From the NCBI RefSeq assembly GCF_009914755.1, contig NC_060939.1: DNA of 64,000 bases; one strand, written 5' to 3'. The DNA is from the human T2T-CHM13v2.0 reference genome, Homo sapiens. Position numbers and translations under genes: made by a program. The notes under the pieces were generated by a model. The model did not search any database. It had not been told where the DNA came from and saw nothing but the letters and a program-made list of their open reading frames with translations. Positions 1-13,443 of this stretch are shown here, in pieces. Within the stretch, counting starts at the first letter, position 1. The number at the start of each line of letters is the position of its first letter.

Positions 1-173
1 CTTGGCCTCTTTATGTCTGGGATGGGAACAACTTTTAGCTATTGCTAGTCTTGGGGCTTTACCTTAACCCTGCCCAACCTTTGTAAATATTTCCTCCTTT
101 AAACTCTCCTCAACTTAAAATAGGGAGGAGGGCGGGAAGAAGGAAGGAACAATCACTTGTTGCAGATTCTAGG

Positions 174-940
174 TGCTATAGACAGAATATTCTGTTTCTC
201 CCCAGTTAATATGTTGAAATTCTTCCCCACAAGGTGATGGTATTAGGAGGTGGGACATTTGGGAAGTGACAGAGTCCTGTGGGTGGAGCCCTCCTGAATG
301 AGATTAGTGCTCTTATAAAAGAGGCCTGAGGGAAGGCCTCTTTAGTCTGCTTAGTGTTGCGATAAAGGAATACCCAAGTCTGAGTAACTTATAAAGAAAA
401 AATGGTTTATTTGGCTCACTGTTTTGCAGGTGGGGGCATCTGGTGAGGGCCTCAGGGTGCTTCCACTCATGGCAGAAGGCAAAGGGAAGCCAGTGTACAG
501 AGATCACAGGGTGAGACAGGTAGCAAGAGAGAGCGGTGAGGTGCCAGGCCTTGTTTAGCAACCAGCTCTTGTGGGAACTAATAGAGTAAGAGCTCACTCA
601 CTACAGCAAGGACAGCATCAAGCCATCCATGAGGGATCTGCCCCCATGGCCCAAACACCTTCCACTAGGCCCCATCTCCAACACTGGTATCAAATTTTAA
701 TATGAGGTTGGCAGGACAAACATCCAAACTATAGTGGGTCCCTAGCCCCTTCTGCCACGTGAGGATGCAGTGAGAAGACAGCCATTTATGAACCAGAAAT
801 GGGATCTCACCAAACACTAAATCTGCCAATGCCTTAATCTTGGACATCCCAGTCTCCAGAACTGTGAGAAATAAATTTCTGTTATTTATATGTCACCCAA
901 TCTGTGGTATTCTGTCATAGTAGCCTAAATGAACTAAAAC
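174..940 (+). mobile_element. MLT1A0-like MaLR solo LTR, split by an MSTB insertion
   Basis: 5' TGCTATAGACAGAAT...GGTGATGGTATTAGGAGGTGGG; 3' CCAGAACTGTGAGAAATAAATTTCTG...GAACTAAAAC; interrupted at about 338-734. Confidence 0.8.
338..734 (-). mobile_element. MSTB-like MaLR solo LTR nested in MLT1A0
   Basis: TTAGTCTGCTTAGTGTTGC...GGCAGAAGGCAAAGGG...GAGGGATCTGCCCCCATG...ACATCCAAACTATAG, typical reverse MST LTR. Confidence 0.8.
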
Positions 941-2878
941 TCTAGAAAACAGGGATGATTAGAACAAAACTGCAAATACACATATAATCACCCCTGGGTT
1001 GGAAAATTCTGGGAAAAGGCTGGATGTTCTTTTAAATGTACAAATGTTCGAGCACAGAGACCTGTGTATTCAGTATATTTCTTCCAGCCCTGCTGTTTGA
1101 TCCTGTATGCGAATGTGCCTAGCACAATACTGGTCTGAGACAAATACTAATTTCCTTCTTTCTACTCACACGCACCCAAAAAAACACTACTAAATAAACT
1201 TGATGTGATGGTATCTGGGAGAGTCTGACCATCTAGATCTATCTATGAGAAAGTATTGTCAGACATTCTTGCTACTTCTTGTTGGAACTGGCAATTCGAC
1301 AGCTTTTATTTGCTTCTCCCTGGAGTTTCAGTGTTATGTGCTATAGTCATTTGAGGGATGGTTCATTTTATCTGATCACAAGCCTTCTAAAATAAAATAG
1401 AAAATAGTTGCTTCCTTGGGGTTAGTTAGGGTGGCAGCACTCAGCCAATGGCCATATCTTTTTCTATGTGTTTGGGGGCTTGTGTAAGAATTCTAAGAGC
1501 TACAAAAGTAAATATAATATAGTTATCAACTCCTAAATGACATATAAGTGTTGGAGACTGTTCTGCTCTTCATAGAAAATGAAGCTGCTTCTGCTCAAGT
1601 TCTCTAGTGAATGCCAAAGCACGTTACTTTCTCTTGGACTTTGATTCAACATTGGTTTAAAAAAGTCACCTTTCTTGGTAACTGTATTCATCGCAAAAGG
1701 AAAGAAGCACAAGGGAGCCAGTGGGTTGTATGATATAGGAGGAAGAAAAAGTCACGGCTGATCCTCTTAGGATCACCAAGCAGTCTTTTGATGATAATCT
1801 GGCTTCTCGTATCACTTGCCTTCGAAAAGAAAATATATTTGAGTTGCATTTTTAATTGTAAAAAAAAATTAAAAACCCCATTCTCCTTTTAATTTATAAA
1901 GTAATCTTTCAGGCAATTAAAATATTAACTAAAATTTATCTATTCCCCTGACTTCTATGCAAAAAAACTGGGCCTTAAGCAGGTCTAAAGCCTGGGTGGG
2001 CTGCACCTGGGACGCGACCTTTGGTTTAGCCATGCTCACAGCCAGCCCCCCAAAATGGGCTGGGTTTGCATTGCACCTGGTGGACAGACATCTGGAAGCT
2101 GCAGAACAGTGGAGTAAGCGTATGTGTTGGATGGGGTTGGGGGCAAGGATAAGTTACAAAGACCCCATGTCACCTTCAGGTAGTGACCTGGCAAGGTGAC
2201 CATCCTCCACATCAAGCCTGGAGAAACCACAGAAGCAAGAGAGAAGCCTGCATCTGAGGAACTCTCTCACACACACAGCTGTGAGAAACTGGAAGAGGGG
2301 TCTGTGGAGAGGGGTGGGAGGACACTGTAGCCTGGGGGCAGAGGCCCCTGGAGAGCACTGAGAAGCAAAGTTGGAGGAAAAACATTTCCATTCTGTGCCT
2401 GCCTCTCCCATGTGTTGCCTTAAGGCACCCACAGCCGACCCCTTTGCCATGAATTCAGTGGCACAGCCCAGGTTGCTGTTGGCCCTATGGGACAATAGCA
2501 GGTAGATCAAAGCCCCTGTCTGGGTGGAATCCAGTCCTCCTTGTCCTCCCCTTTTTAATACCTAGGGGTGGTGGATTAAAAACTAAGGCCACCATTTTAT
2601 TCCAAAGTGGTTGTTTCTGAGAGTTTAAAGTGAACTTTGAATGAAGTTGTCAAGTATTAGCAAATGGGGATTTTCTTCTGTGATTTTCTCTGTCCAGGGG
2701 TTCCCTTCCTTCCCTTAAACTCTCTAAAGAGACAACAACCAGGGCCTGGCCTTTAGCCCTTCTCAATACACATCACCAGACCTCATGGGAGCATGACTCA
2801 CAGCCCCAAACAGCTAGACTGCAGGGGATACAACAAATGGATACAAAATATCGTTATACCAGAATCACTGGAACATGT

Positions 2879-3354
2879 TGTAAGGTAAATGGATGTGCTT
2901 TGGTCAGGAATAGGCAGAGGCAGACATCCTGGCCAGAGTGACTCAGCAAGTTTAGCACACAGGCGCATAACTCCACTTGTTATATAGCCTGTTTGTGTAA
3001 GCTTGTACTTGGCTCAGAGCCACTATTGTTTGTAAAAGGTATAACTGCCCTGCTGACATTGCACATACAGCTTGTGCCCAGAGAGGGAGAGAGTGTGAAG
3101 CTGTTGACCCTGTAAGGCAGAGGTGGCCTGGCAGGCCAGGGAATGCAGCTGTAAGTGTGGGAGCCACAGGAGCCGCAGGAGCCTCAGAGCCGGAGCAGGT
3201 AGCGGAGATAAAAGCAGACAGCATGAGAGAGCTGCTGAATAAAACCATATTTCACCTGTCTACAGCCCCCGAATGTTCTTCCTGCTGTCCGCCACCCATC
3301 CACCCACTCCCCTTGGACCTCAGCATGGGCTGGAACCTGACACTTGGTGTGACA
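2879..3354 (+). mobile_element. LTR18-family solo LTR (ERVL/HERV-S group)
   Basis: TG...CA termini; 5-bp TSD CATGT at 2874-2878 and 3355-3359; 5' TGTAAGGTAAATGGATGTGCTTTGGTC; AATAAA at about 3238. Confidence 0.85.
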
Positions 3355-3599
3355 CATGTGGACCACAATTTTTTTAAGCAGCATGATAAATATACTCTAC
3401 AAGAGAATATTTTAATAATATTTTGCTGTAACAAGAAGTCATAAAAAGAACCAAGTAGAAATGCTATATATGAAAAATATAAAAGTAGAATGTTAAAAAT
3501 GACAGCAACAGGATGGCTATTTAGAGATGCCCGGTGGTCATTCCCCACCTCCTCGCCTCACCACACCCCAAGAAAGGCAATGACTAAACAGCTAAGGTT

Positions 3600-5469
3600 T
3601 AACTAACATCATATTGAACAGTGAAAAGCTGAACGCTTTTTCTCTAAGAACTGGAACAGGACAAGGATGCCCACTCTTAACCACTCTTATTTAACATAGT
3701 ACTGGAAGTCCTAGCCAGAGCAATTAGGTAAGATAAAGAAATAAAGGTCATTCAAGGAGCAATTCAAATTGTCCTTGTTTGTAAATGACATGGTCTTATT
3801 CCTAGCAAAACCTAAAGACTCCACCAGAAAACTATTAAAATTGACAAATTCAGTAAAGTTGCGGGATGCAAAATCAACATACAAAACACAGTAACATTTA
3901 TATATACAAACTACAACCTAGCTGAAAAAGAAGTCAAGAAGGCAATCCCATTTATAATATCTATAAAATAAATAAAATACCTAGGTATAAATTTAACCAA
4001 GGATGTGAAAAATCTCTACAAGGAAAACTGCAAATCACTGATGAAAGAAATTGAAGACGATACAGTAATTGGAAAAAATTCCCATGCTCATGGATCAAAA
4101 AATTAATATTGTTAAAAGGACCATACTACCCAAAGCAATCTGTGGATTAAAGGCAATCCCCATCAAAATACTCATTATATTTTTCTCAGAAATATTTTTA
4201 AAATCCTAAAATTTATATGGAACCACAAAAGACCCCAAATAGCCAACACAATCCTGAGCAAAAGGAACAAAGCCTGGAGGTATCACACTTCCAGACCTCA
4301 AAGTATACTGCAAAGCTGTAGTAACCAAAACAGCATGGTACTGGCATAAAAACAGACACATAGATCAAGAGAACAGAATAGAAAGCCCAGAAATTAATCT
4401 ACATATCTATAGCTATATTAGTACATTCTCACATTGTTACAAATAAATACCCAATACTTGGTAATTCATAAGAAAAAAGGTTTAATTGGCTCACAGTTCT
4501 GCAGGCTGTACAGGAAGCATAGTAGCATCTGTTTCTGGGGAGGCCTAAGGGAGCTTTTACTCATGAAGCCAACACTTCACATGGTGAAAGCAGGAGTATG
4601 AGACCAAGAGGGGAGGTGCCACACACTTTTAAACAACCAGATTGTGAGGACAGCACCAAGAGGTGCTAAACCATTCATGATAAATCTGCCCCCATGATCT
4701 AATCACTTCCCAGCAGGCCCCACCTCCAACATTGGGGATTACAGTTTGACATGAGATTTGGTGGGGACATAAACCCAAACCATAACACAGTGAACTGATT
4801 TTTGACAAAAATGCTGAGAACCTTCATTGGGAGGACAGTCTTTTCAATAAATGGTGCTGAAAAAACTGAAAATCCACATGCAGAAGAATGAAAGTAGACC
4901 CTTATCTTTCACCCAACACAAAAATCCACTCAAAATGGATCAAAGACCTAAATGTAAGACCCCAAATGTTAAAACTATTAGAAGAAAACAAAGGAAAAAC
5001 ACTTCAGGACATTGGTCTGGGAAATGATTTTATAAATAAGACCTCAAAAGAACAGGCAAAAGAAGCAAAAAAAAAAAAAAAAGGATAATATCAAACTAAA
5101 AAGTCTACACAGCAAAAGACACAGAGTGAAGAGACAATCTGAAGAACAGGAGAAAATATTTTCGAAGTATTCATCAGATAAAGGATTAATATCCAGACTG
5201 TACAAGGAACTCAAACATATCAAAGATAAAAAATAAATCCAATTAAACAATGGACAAACAATCTGAATGAATATTTCTCAAAAGAAGACATATAAATGGC
5301 CGACAAAATATATGAAAATATGCTCAACATCACTAATTATCAGAGAAATGCAAATCAAAACCACAACAAGGTATCATCTCACCCCAGTTAGGATGGCTAT
5401 TATGAAAAAGACAAAAAATAACAAATACTGGTGAGGATGCAGAGAAAAGGGAACTCTTATACACTGTGG
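3600..5469 (+). mobile_element. Degenerate L1 (L1M/L1MA-type) ORF2 fragment, interrupted by MSTA
   Basis: ORF2 RT/C-terminal sequence (ACAAGGATGCCCACTC; ORF 4888-5088 [20 protein letters not shown]); many stops and frameshifts. Confidence 0.9.
4414..4787 (-). mobile_element. MSTA-like MaLR solo LTR nested in L1
   Basis: TATTAGTACATTCTCACATTG...GGCTCACAGTTCTGCAGGCTGTACAGGAAGCAT...CCAAACCATAACA. Confidence 0.85.
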
Positions 5470-5600
5470 AAGCTGAGGTGGGAGGATTGCTTGAACCTGG
5501 GAGACGGAGGCTGCTGTGTGCTATGATTGTACCACTGCACTCCAGCCTGGGTAAGAAAGCAAGACCTTGTCTCAAAAATAAATAAATAACATAAATAAGA
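5470..5600 (+). mobile_element. AluJ right-arm fragment
   Basis: GCTGAGGTGGGAGGATTGCTTGAACC...CACTGCACTCCAGCCTGGG plus (AAAT)n tail. Confidence 0.85.
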
Positions 5601-5800
5601 AAGAAAAGGATGAAAAAGACTTTCCAGGGAAATAACCAAATGAAAAGTGAGGCAATAGCCGTAGCATCTGACAAAATAGAATTCAAGGCAAACTATCGTA
5701 CTGAACAGGAAGATTACATACTGATGTTAAAGGAACCAATGGAGGGAATGATAGAGCAGGTAGATACCGCCATCATCAATGGATAGAATTAATAACTGTA
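5601..5800 (+). mobile_element. Old L1M ORF2 endonuclease-region fragment
   Basis: GGATGAAAAAGAC...ATCTGACAAAATAGAATTCAAGGCAAA. Confidence 0.6.
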
Positions 5801-7629
5801 TTAATTGAGAGCAGCAGACAGGATTGCCCATCAGGCTCCAAGGGAGACAATCCTGTACAGCTGCTTCAAAACTCTCAGATGTGGTGATGCCTCGCTCACA
5901 CAGGCCATCTGGCCAATGCGAAACTCTTCAGCCTGGTGAGGTGGATGAGTTAAAAGTGGGAGTAGAGGGCAATTGGGGCACATTCAAACTATTATTTTAC
6001 CAGAATCTTCCTCCCACTAAGACATGTTAAAGACTTGGTTTTTCTCTTAAGGGCAACCCTCCAGCAATAGTCCCATAGTTTATTGCCATCAGGAAGATGT
6101 TGCCTTCTGAGAGGCTTGGCCAGTATGCTGGGGCAAGGCGGGCTGCTTTCCAGACAAGGTAAAACCGGCAGGCCCATTCTCGCTTATCATTCAGCTGTAA
6201 GTGTCTCATGGTGGCCTCCTTCCAGGCCCACGGACCTACCTGGTTGTGATTTCCCATGGATTAATATCTCCCTCCTGGAGCACAGCTGGGTGACATTCTG
6301 AACAAAAGTCATCTGATCTAGTGTTTATGATGTATTCTGGGCTTCCATATTGTATGATGTGGGACATGGAGTCTAGCAATTTAACTTCGTCATTTCCAAA
6401 CTTTCAGGCTCACCTCCTCTCCAGCCTTAGGGAAAAACATAGCTGAGGTGAAGCCTGTGGCCACTTTATTCCCAGTCTGTGCAGGAATGAATGGCCCCTG
6501 ACTGCCCAGTGTTCCATCTCGCCTGGTTTGCTTCCTCTGTGCTTTGACATTTGCATAAATCCTTCTCTTGCACTCCATTCTGACTGCCTGCTTGCAGTGG
6601 GACAGTCTTTAAACTCTGTGTATTCTAGGACATTCATCTCCAAAGAACCAAAAGTCGGAGTGCATCTGTGCTAGGACTTTACCTGGTACAGGTCTACTGG
6701 GGAGACCATTCCCCTGTGACATTTATTTAAGCAAAATTGTAAGAATGCTGATAGAACATTCTTGGTCAAACTCATAGGCAAGCAAAATCTAACACAGTTG
6801 AATGACAGGATATGGAGCAAGTTTGGGGAGAACCTGTTTTTCCAGCTCTGGTGGCAGTGACAGACTAGAATGTTGTTAACTCCTCCCTGCTCACCTCCAA
6901 ACTGCAAACCGGAACTTTTAGGTTATGTAGAAAGCAACTGTCTTTTTCCTAATATAACGCTAGACATAAGCGTTTGTATGCCCTCAAAACTACTGAGCCA
7001 TTATAATTCTGGAGATGCTAACATAGTTTAAGGCTATTTTCCTTCTGCAGGTTTGTGTTTTTCAGTTCAATATTTGACCATAGGAAGAAATAGTCTTCAG
7101 ATATGGCTTCTGCACCAGTAACTACTTTTACACTTTTGATCACATCCTGGAGAAATCGTTCAAGAACTTGATAAGACTTTCACATGTTTTGTTGGGCTAT
7201 TTTCAGCTTTCAGTAGTGCACAGGAAACAGTAATGGCTTGGCTACCTTTTTTCAATATAGACTCCTGGTGGCTGAGGCCCCCACACCCTTTGTTTAAAGC
7301 TACTGTGAGAATTAGAATTAGTAGGAAAGAGTCCTCAAATGACAATATAATATTTCAAACTAAGTAAAACAGGGCTGTACTCAGGTAGATTCTCCTTCAA
7401 ACATGGTTTGAATCAAAACCAACTTTATTAATATATATGCACTCACCTCAGCTCTAAGAAATTGGGGAAAACATATCCTCCTAAGCATTTGTGGTTTGAT
7501 AAGATTATCACAAATCCAGAGTAGCCTCACAGACCATAGCAAATTAGTAGAACTTAATTTGCTATTAGCTAATAGCAAATTAATAGAACTAATAGCTTAA
7601 GAGTAACTGTTCTAAACTAATTATCTTGG

Positions 7630-9370
7630 GCTTCTGAAGTAAAAAGGAAGATCCCTGTCTTCCCCCGACATCCAGTTCCTTAAAATCAACCCAAGCAAAT
7701 AAGAGTAAAATAGAATTTAAATTACTGAAACCAGGAAAGAGCCATAGTCAAAAATCACTAGCTATGAAGAGTGGCTGTCAAATGCAGTGATATTTGAACT
7801 AAAGGGAAGGAGAGGACTAGAACAGTCCTAGAGGGTTAAGACTTTCCTAAAAGAAGAAGGTTTTGGTCCTGAATGGCCAAATGGTGGAGCTTGGAATGGC
7901 AGCATCTAGGGGCCATGTGTGAGCAGCAGGGGTGACCCCTTCTCTTTTCCTCATTTCAGAGTGGCAGGGCAGGTGGGGTCAGAGGAGAAGCTTTTCAGGC
8001 AGGTGTGCAGGACATGTGGCAGGTGAAGGAAGGGTCGGGGGGAGCTTTATAGCCCCAAATCTCAGGAGAACTCATGAGAAAGGATGTGGAGAAGGCACCT
8101 CTGACTCGCAGCTTGCTTCTGCCTCAACTTCTCCCCACACAGTGTGACTCTTCAGCAAATCAGTGACCTGGATCACAAAAGGAAAAGTGACAATTCAAGA
8201 CCAGGATCACGGCAAAGTAACAAATAGAAGGCACGCAGGAAATGTATTTCGGAAGAATTACTCCAGGAAGTCAAACAGTGCACACATTTTTTCCCTCATA
8301 GTCTTAGAAAAAGGAAAAAAATTAAAAAAGGCAACAAGACTTCAGAGAAGGTTACAAGAAATTGTAGAAGGGGTTATAATACAACAAAAGAGATGAAAAG
8401 GAGCTGTCCAGTCTCAGGGAATATGTGGAAGAGGAAACATCATTTCAGAAATGATAGTTAACTTTAAGATGCCAAAATGAGAACAGGCACTGCACTGCTG
8501 AAATCAAGGGAGGGACACTAAAGAAAGGCTTGAGAAGACTGTCTGAAAAACAAATGGAAAACAAAAAGAACAAAAAGCTGAAAGTTATTAGGGAGAGCCA
8601 GACAGCTTTGTACAACAAGGATATCCATCATGCAGGTAATTGGTGTTCCTGAAGAAGAAAACAGAACAATTTCAAAGACATAAAAAAAGAAAGCCTTAAT
8701 AAAAGTCAAGGAAGACCTAAATCCTCAGTTTAAAAAGGTACCTTGCATTTCAGGAAAAAATAAAGCAAAATGATTAACACAGACAGATTCTGGTGATATT
8801 CCTGGGCTTCTGGGAAAAATAAACAAACAAACAACATTGAAGTTTCATCAAACAAACAAACAACAAAGACAAAAAAGCAAGTAACCTGTCAGAGGGAGAA
8901 ATCATGTGACCTCAAACTATTTCTTGACATTTACTGGGATAAGACCCTGGAATACTGTCCTCAGGGAACTCTGGGAGAGACAGTGTGGACCCAGGGAAAT
9001 GATACACTGCTAATTTGTCATTCAGTTACAAAGGCCACAGGTGGCCTTTCTAAAACTAGAAGGAATTCAGGGCACAGAGCACCTTTGAACCACTCTTGAA
9101 TCAGCTACCCCAGGAAAAACTCTACTGAGTAAGGAAAGGAAAGGGGCCATCACAAAAAGGGCAGGTTTTCAAGCATTTCATCCATTAAAATATACAGCTG
9201 AGGCTAGACAACTATGAACAATCTAGGGACTATAAATGTTATGAAGTCTAATTATTTAAAAATTGCAATACAGCAAATTGAAATTGAGAATTAGGAGGTG
9301 AGGGAAGGTAAGAGAAAATGTAAACGCTAGCTTTCTAACTTTTCCTGATAGAACATTAATGACTACAAAA
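7630..9370 (+). mobile_element. HAL1-like (ORF1-only L1 derivative) fossil
   Basis: A-rich ORF1-like tract TAATTGGTGTTCCTGAAGAAGAAAACAGAACA...GAAGACCTAAATCCTCAG...GTCATTCAGTTACAAAGGC; boundaries approximate. Confidence 0.65.
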
Positions 9371-9377
9371 GAAATTA

Positions 9378-9549
9378 CATTGAGTTCTTGCTAGGCACCA
9401 ACCACAGTTCTTAGTGCTTTTTTGTGTGGCATTTCATTAATCTCTCACAACAGCTCAGCAGCATAGGAACCATTAATACTCCCATCTTACAGATGAGGAA
9501 ACTGAGACACAGAATTTAATCTTTTCCCAAGGCTATGCAGCTAGTAAGG
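9378..9549 (-). mobile_element. MIR SINE
   Basis: Core CCCATCTTACAGATGAGGAAACTGAGACACAGA. Confidence 0.85.
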
Positions 9550-9898
9550 AAAATAAGGAAAGCCATTTGGTCATCTCAAGAGGCCCTGAAAACTAAGTTT
9601 GTAAGATCAATACAAGCCATTCCTGATGAAAAATTTTGATAAAGGAATAATTGGTCAGGGATAAGGGTGGCAGCTGAAGTGTGGCTGTGGAGTCTGGAGC
9701 TACAGATTCACTCCTTTCTTATTCTGGTGCCACGGAGGTGGGGCATTTCTTATACATGAGGTTGTAAATCTTCCCCTCTCTGAACCTCTGTGGCTCTGGC
9801 AGGCAGATATTAAAACATCAAAAAGCTAGGCCCCCACTGGCTGGCTAGTGGAGCTGGATCTGGGGGTGTCTTGATAGAGCCAAAAACAAACTACATTA

Positions 9899-10324
<426 letters not shown>

Positions 10325-10610
10325 CTACACCCACTAGAGTTGATCGATTGACTTATAAAATAGAGGGACATAGATATTTCCAGTACATGAAACACTCAGG
10401 ACACTTACCATGTCACAACTTCCAAGTGTCAAAGTAGTTATAATAATAACAGACAACAAATGCTTTGTGCATCTGTCACCAGAGCAAGGGGCTTGAAAGC
10501 TCTGGGCTGTGGTGGACCCTGGTGGAACAGGCCTCACTACTACCAAGCCTGTATGTGAACTGACCAGAATCTATTGGATCTATCTGCTTTAGCTGCTATC
10601 AGTTGCAAAG

Positions 10611-11025
10611 TGTCATAGTCCGCTGGGGCTGCCATAACAAAGTGTCCAACAGTCTGGGTGGCTTAGAACAGAAATTAATTTTCTCACCGTTCTGGAGGCA
10701 GGAAGTCAGAGATCAAGGTGTCAACAGGGTTGGTTTCTCCTGAGACCTCTCTCCTTGGCTTGCAGATGGCTGTCTTCTGTGTCCTCACACGGTCCCTTCC
10801 CTGTGCATGTCTGTGTCCTAATTTCCCCTTTATATAAGGACAACAGTTATGTTGGGTTAGGGCTCACTGTAGTTAATTTAATTACTTCTTTAAGCCTTAT
10901 CTCCAAATATAGTAACATTCTGAGACACTGTGGGTTCAGAATTCAACATAAGAATTTGGGGGAAAAACAAAAAACAAAAATAGAATAATTTGGGAGAAAG
11001 GGGAGGACACAGTTCAGCCAATAAC
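10611..11025 (-). mobile_element. MLT1B-like MaLR solo LTR
   Basis: GGGCTGCCATAACAAAGT...TTCTGGAGGC...GACACAGTTCAGCCAATAACA. Confidence 0.8.
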
Positions 11026-11224
11026 AGACAGTGTTAGATAAATTCCATCCAAGTCTTTCAACCTATGCTGCTTTTAAAAAATTAAATTATATTCTACTAG
11101 AACCACTATTTTGTCAAGACTAGGTGCATTTCATAGCTTGAATTACTTCCCTTTTTCCTGATCTCTTTTATAAGATATCGATCACACACTCGCATCAGCA
11201 GGAACGTGCACAGAAGATTCCTGG

Positions 11225-12007
11225 AGTATGGAACAGTTCGGTAGTGATCAAATCCTGACTCTGCTCCTGGGAGCTGTGTGAGGATGAGCAGACCACATGG
11301 TCTCTCCCCTCTGACCCTCAGTTTCCTCGTTTGTAACAAAATGTGGTATTAAGGGAAATGTACAATGATATTCACTGCAGCATTGTGTTTGGTGATAAAA
11401 CATTACAATATAACTCAAATGCACATGGATGGGAATGAATAAACAAAACGTTGCATGCTTGTATATGGGGATACTTTATAACAGTTGGAAATGAATAAAA
11501 TAGCTCCCAATAAAGCAACATGAAATAATATTGAAGACACACCAGAGTGTACAGTGAAAAAGGAAAACCATCCAATGTGGTATCACTTATATATCAGTAA
11601 AAACACACATTAAACACTATTCTGTATAGCTCATGGGAAAAATAAATGTGTTCATGTATAATATATAGTAAAATTATAAAAACACAGATTGTAAAGAAAA
11701 GTTTACCTCTGGGAATTGAAGATAGAAATTGGGATGGGGTACAAAGGAGATTTCCATTTTATCTGTGCAGTATTTTTTTCTTTAAAAAATCTGAAGAATG
11801 TATAACAAAATATTAGCATTTGTTAGTCCTGAGTGGCAGATATGTGGGTGTTTGTTATGTTACCATTAGTATTTTCTGCATTAAACATCTCAAAGGCAAA
11901 GTAAATAGAAGGATGGTAATTGCCCTGGCTTCACCTCTTAGGGCTATTGCAAGGTTTCAATAATAAAATATTTGTGAAAGTTCCTTGTAAAATTAAAAGC
12001 TCTGTAC
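11225..12007 (+). mobile_element. MIR split by an old L1ME 3' fragment (about 11350-11890)
   Basis: CCTCAGTTTCCTCGTTTGTAACAAAATG (MIR core); GATATTCACTGCAGCATTGTGTT (L1M 3' end); MIR resumes at about 11910. Confidence 0.65.
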
Positions 12008-12998
12008 TGTGGGCGGCAAGCCACCCAGGTGCCGAGGCAAGAGACCGAGGACACGAGCTGTTCCTGTATAATAAAATATAAAATAAGAATAGTTATACCA
12101 GATATAGATCTTAGATATGATTATATATGAATATCATTAATCATTAGTTGGTAGCAATTACTCTTTATTCCAATATTATAATAATCCTTGCTCTATAATC
12201 ATAACCTAGGAAAAACCAGGCCATACAGAGATAAGAGCTGAGGGGACATAGTGAGGAGTGACCAGAAGACAGAGTGCGAGCCTTCTGTTATGCCCAGACA
12301 GGGCCACCAGAGGGCTCCTTGGTCTAACGGTAATGCCAGCATCTGGGAAGACACCCGTTGCCAGGCGGACCGTGGTCTAGCGGTAGCGTAAGTGTCAAGG
12401 AAAAACACCCACTACTAAGCAGACCGGGAAAGGGAGTCTCCCTTTCCCCGGGGAATTTAGAGAAGACTGTACTCCTCCACCTCTTGTAGAGGGCCTGACA
12501 TTAGTCAGGCTCACCCGCAGTTATCCAGGGGCCTGTCTCCCTGTGATGCTGTGCTTCAGTGGTCATGCTCCTAGTCTGCCTTCATGTTCCATCCTGTACT
12601 CCTGGCTCTGCCTTCTAGATAGCAGTAACAAATTAGTGAAAGTACTAAAAGTCTCTAATAATGGTGTAAGTTGTTTCTCTCTTTGTCTCCTCTCTCTCTC
12701 TCTGCCTCAGCTGCCAGGCAGGGAAGGGCCCCCTGTCCAGTGGACACGTGACCCACATGGCCTTACCTATCATTGGAGATGGCTCACTCTCCTTATCCTG
12801 CCCCTTTGTCTTGTATCCAATAAATATCAGTGCAGCCTGGCATTCGGGGCCTCTACCGGTCTCTGCAACTTAGTGGTAGTGGTCCCCCGGGCCCAGGTGT
12901 CTTTTCTTTTATGTCTTTGTCTTGTGTCTTTATTTCTACACTCTCTCATCTCCGCACACGGGGAGAGACCCACCGACCCTGTGGGGCTGGTCCCTACA
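12008..12998 (+). mobile_element. LTR13 solo LTR (HERV-K13/HML-4, ERVK)
   Basis: TGTGGGCGGCAAGCCACCCAGG...GGGGCTGGTCCCTACA; 6-bp TSD CTGTAC at 12002-12007 and 12999-13004. Confidence 0.92.
12304..12317 (+). promoter_or_regulatory. CTCF motif within LTR13
   Basis: CCACCAGAGGGCTC matches core CCASYAGRKGGC. Confidence 0.6.
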
Positions 12999-13096
12999 CT
13001 GTACAAATATTAAATTTTAAGCTAATCTGTTTCATTTGCTGTTGATTCTATTAACTTCCATTGCAAAAGTCCACAGTGTCGGATAGCTCCAAATTT

Positions 13097-13443
13097 GGGG
13101 TGGTGTTGGCAGTGATCATGGTAGTGGTCATGATGAGGGTGGCAGTGATGGTGGCGGCAGTGCAGCTGCTAGCGGGTGGTGATGACAGAGGAGTGGTAGT
13201 GATGGTGATGATGGTGGTGATGGTAGTAATGGTGGTGGCAATGGTGTTATGGTGGTGGTGATGACATGATGGTGATAGTGGTGATTATGGTGGTGTTGAT
13301 GGTGGTGATGGCAGTGGTGGTGGTGATGGTGTGAATGTGATGGTAGTGGTGATGGTGGTGATGATGGTGGTGATTAGGATGATGGTGGTGATGATGGTAG
13401 TGGTGATGGTGGTGATTAGGATGGTGGTGGTGGTGGAGATGAT
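13097..13443. repeat. Degenerate (TGG/TGA)n trinucleotide low-complexity tract
   Basis: GGTGATGGTGGTGATG... repeated; explains the poly-His and Val/Met-rich ORFs. Confidence 0.95.
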
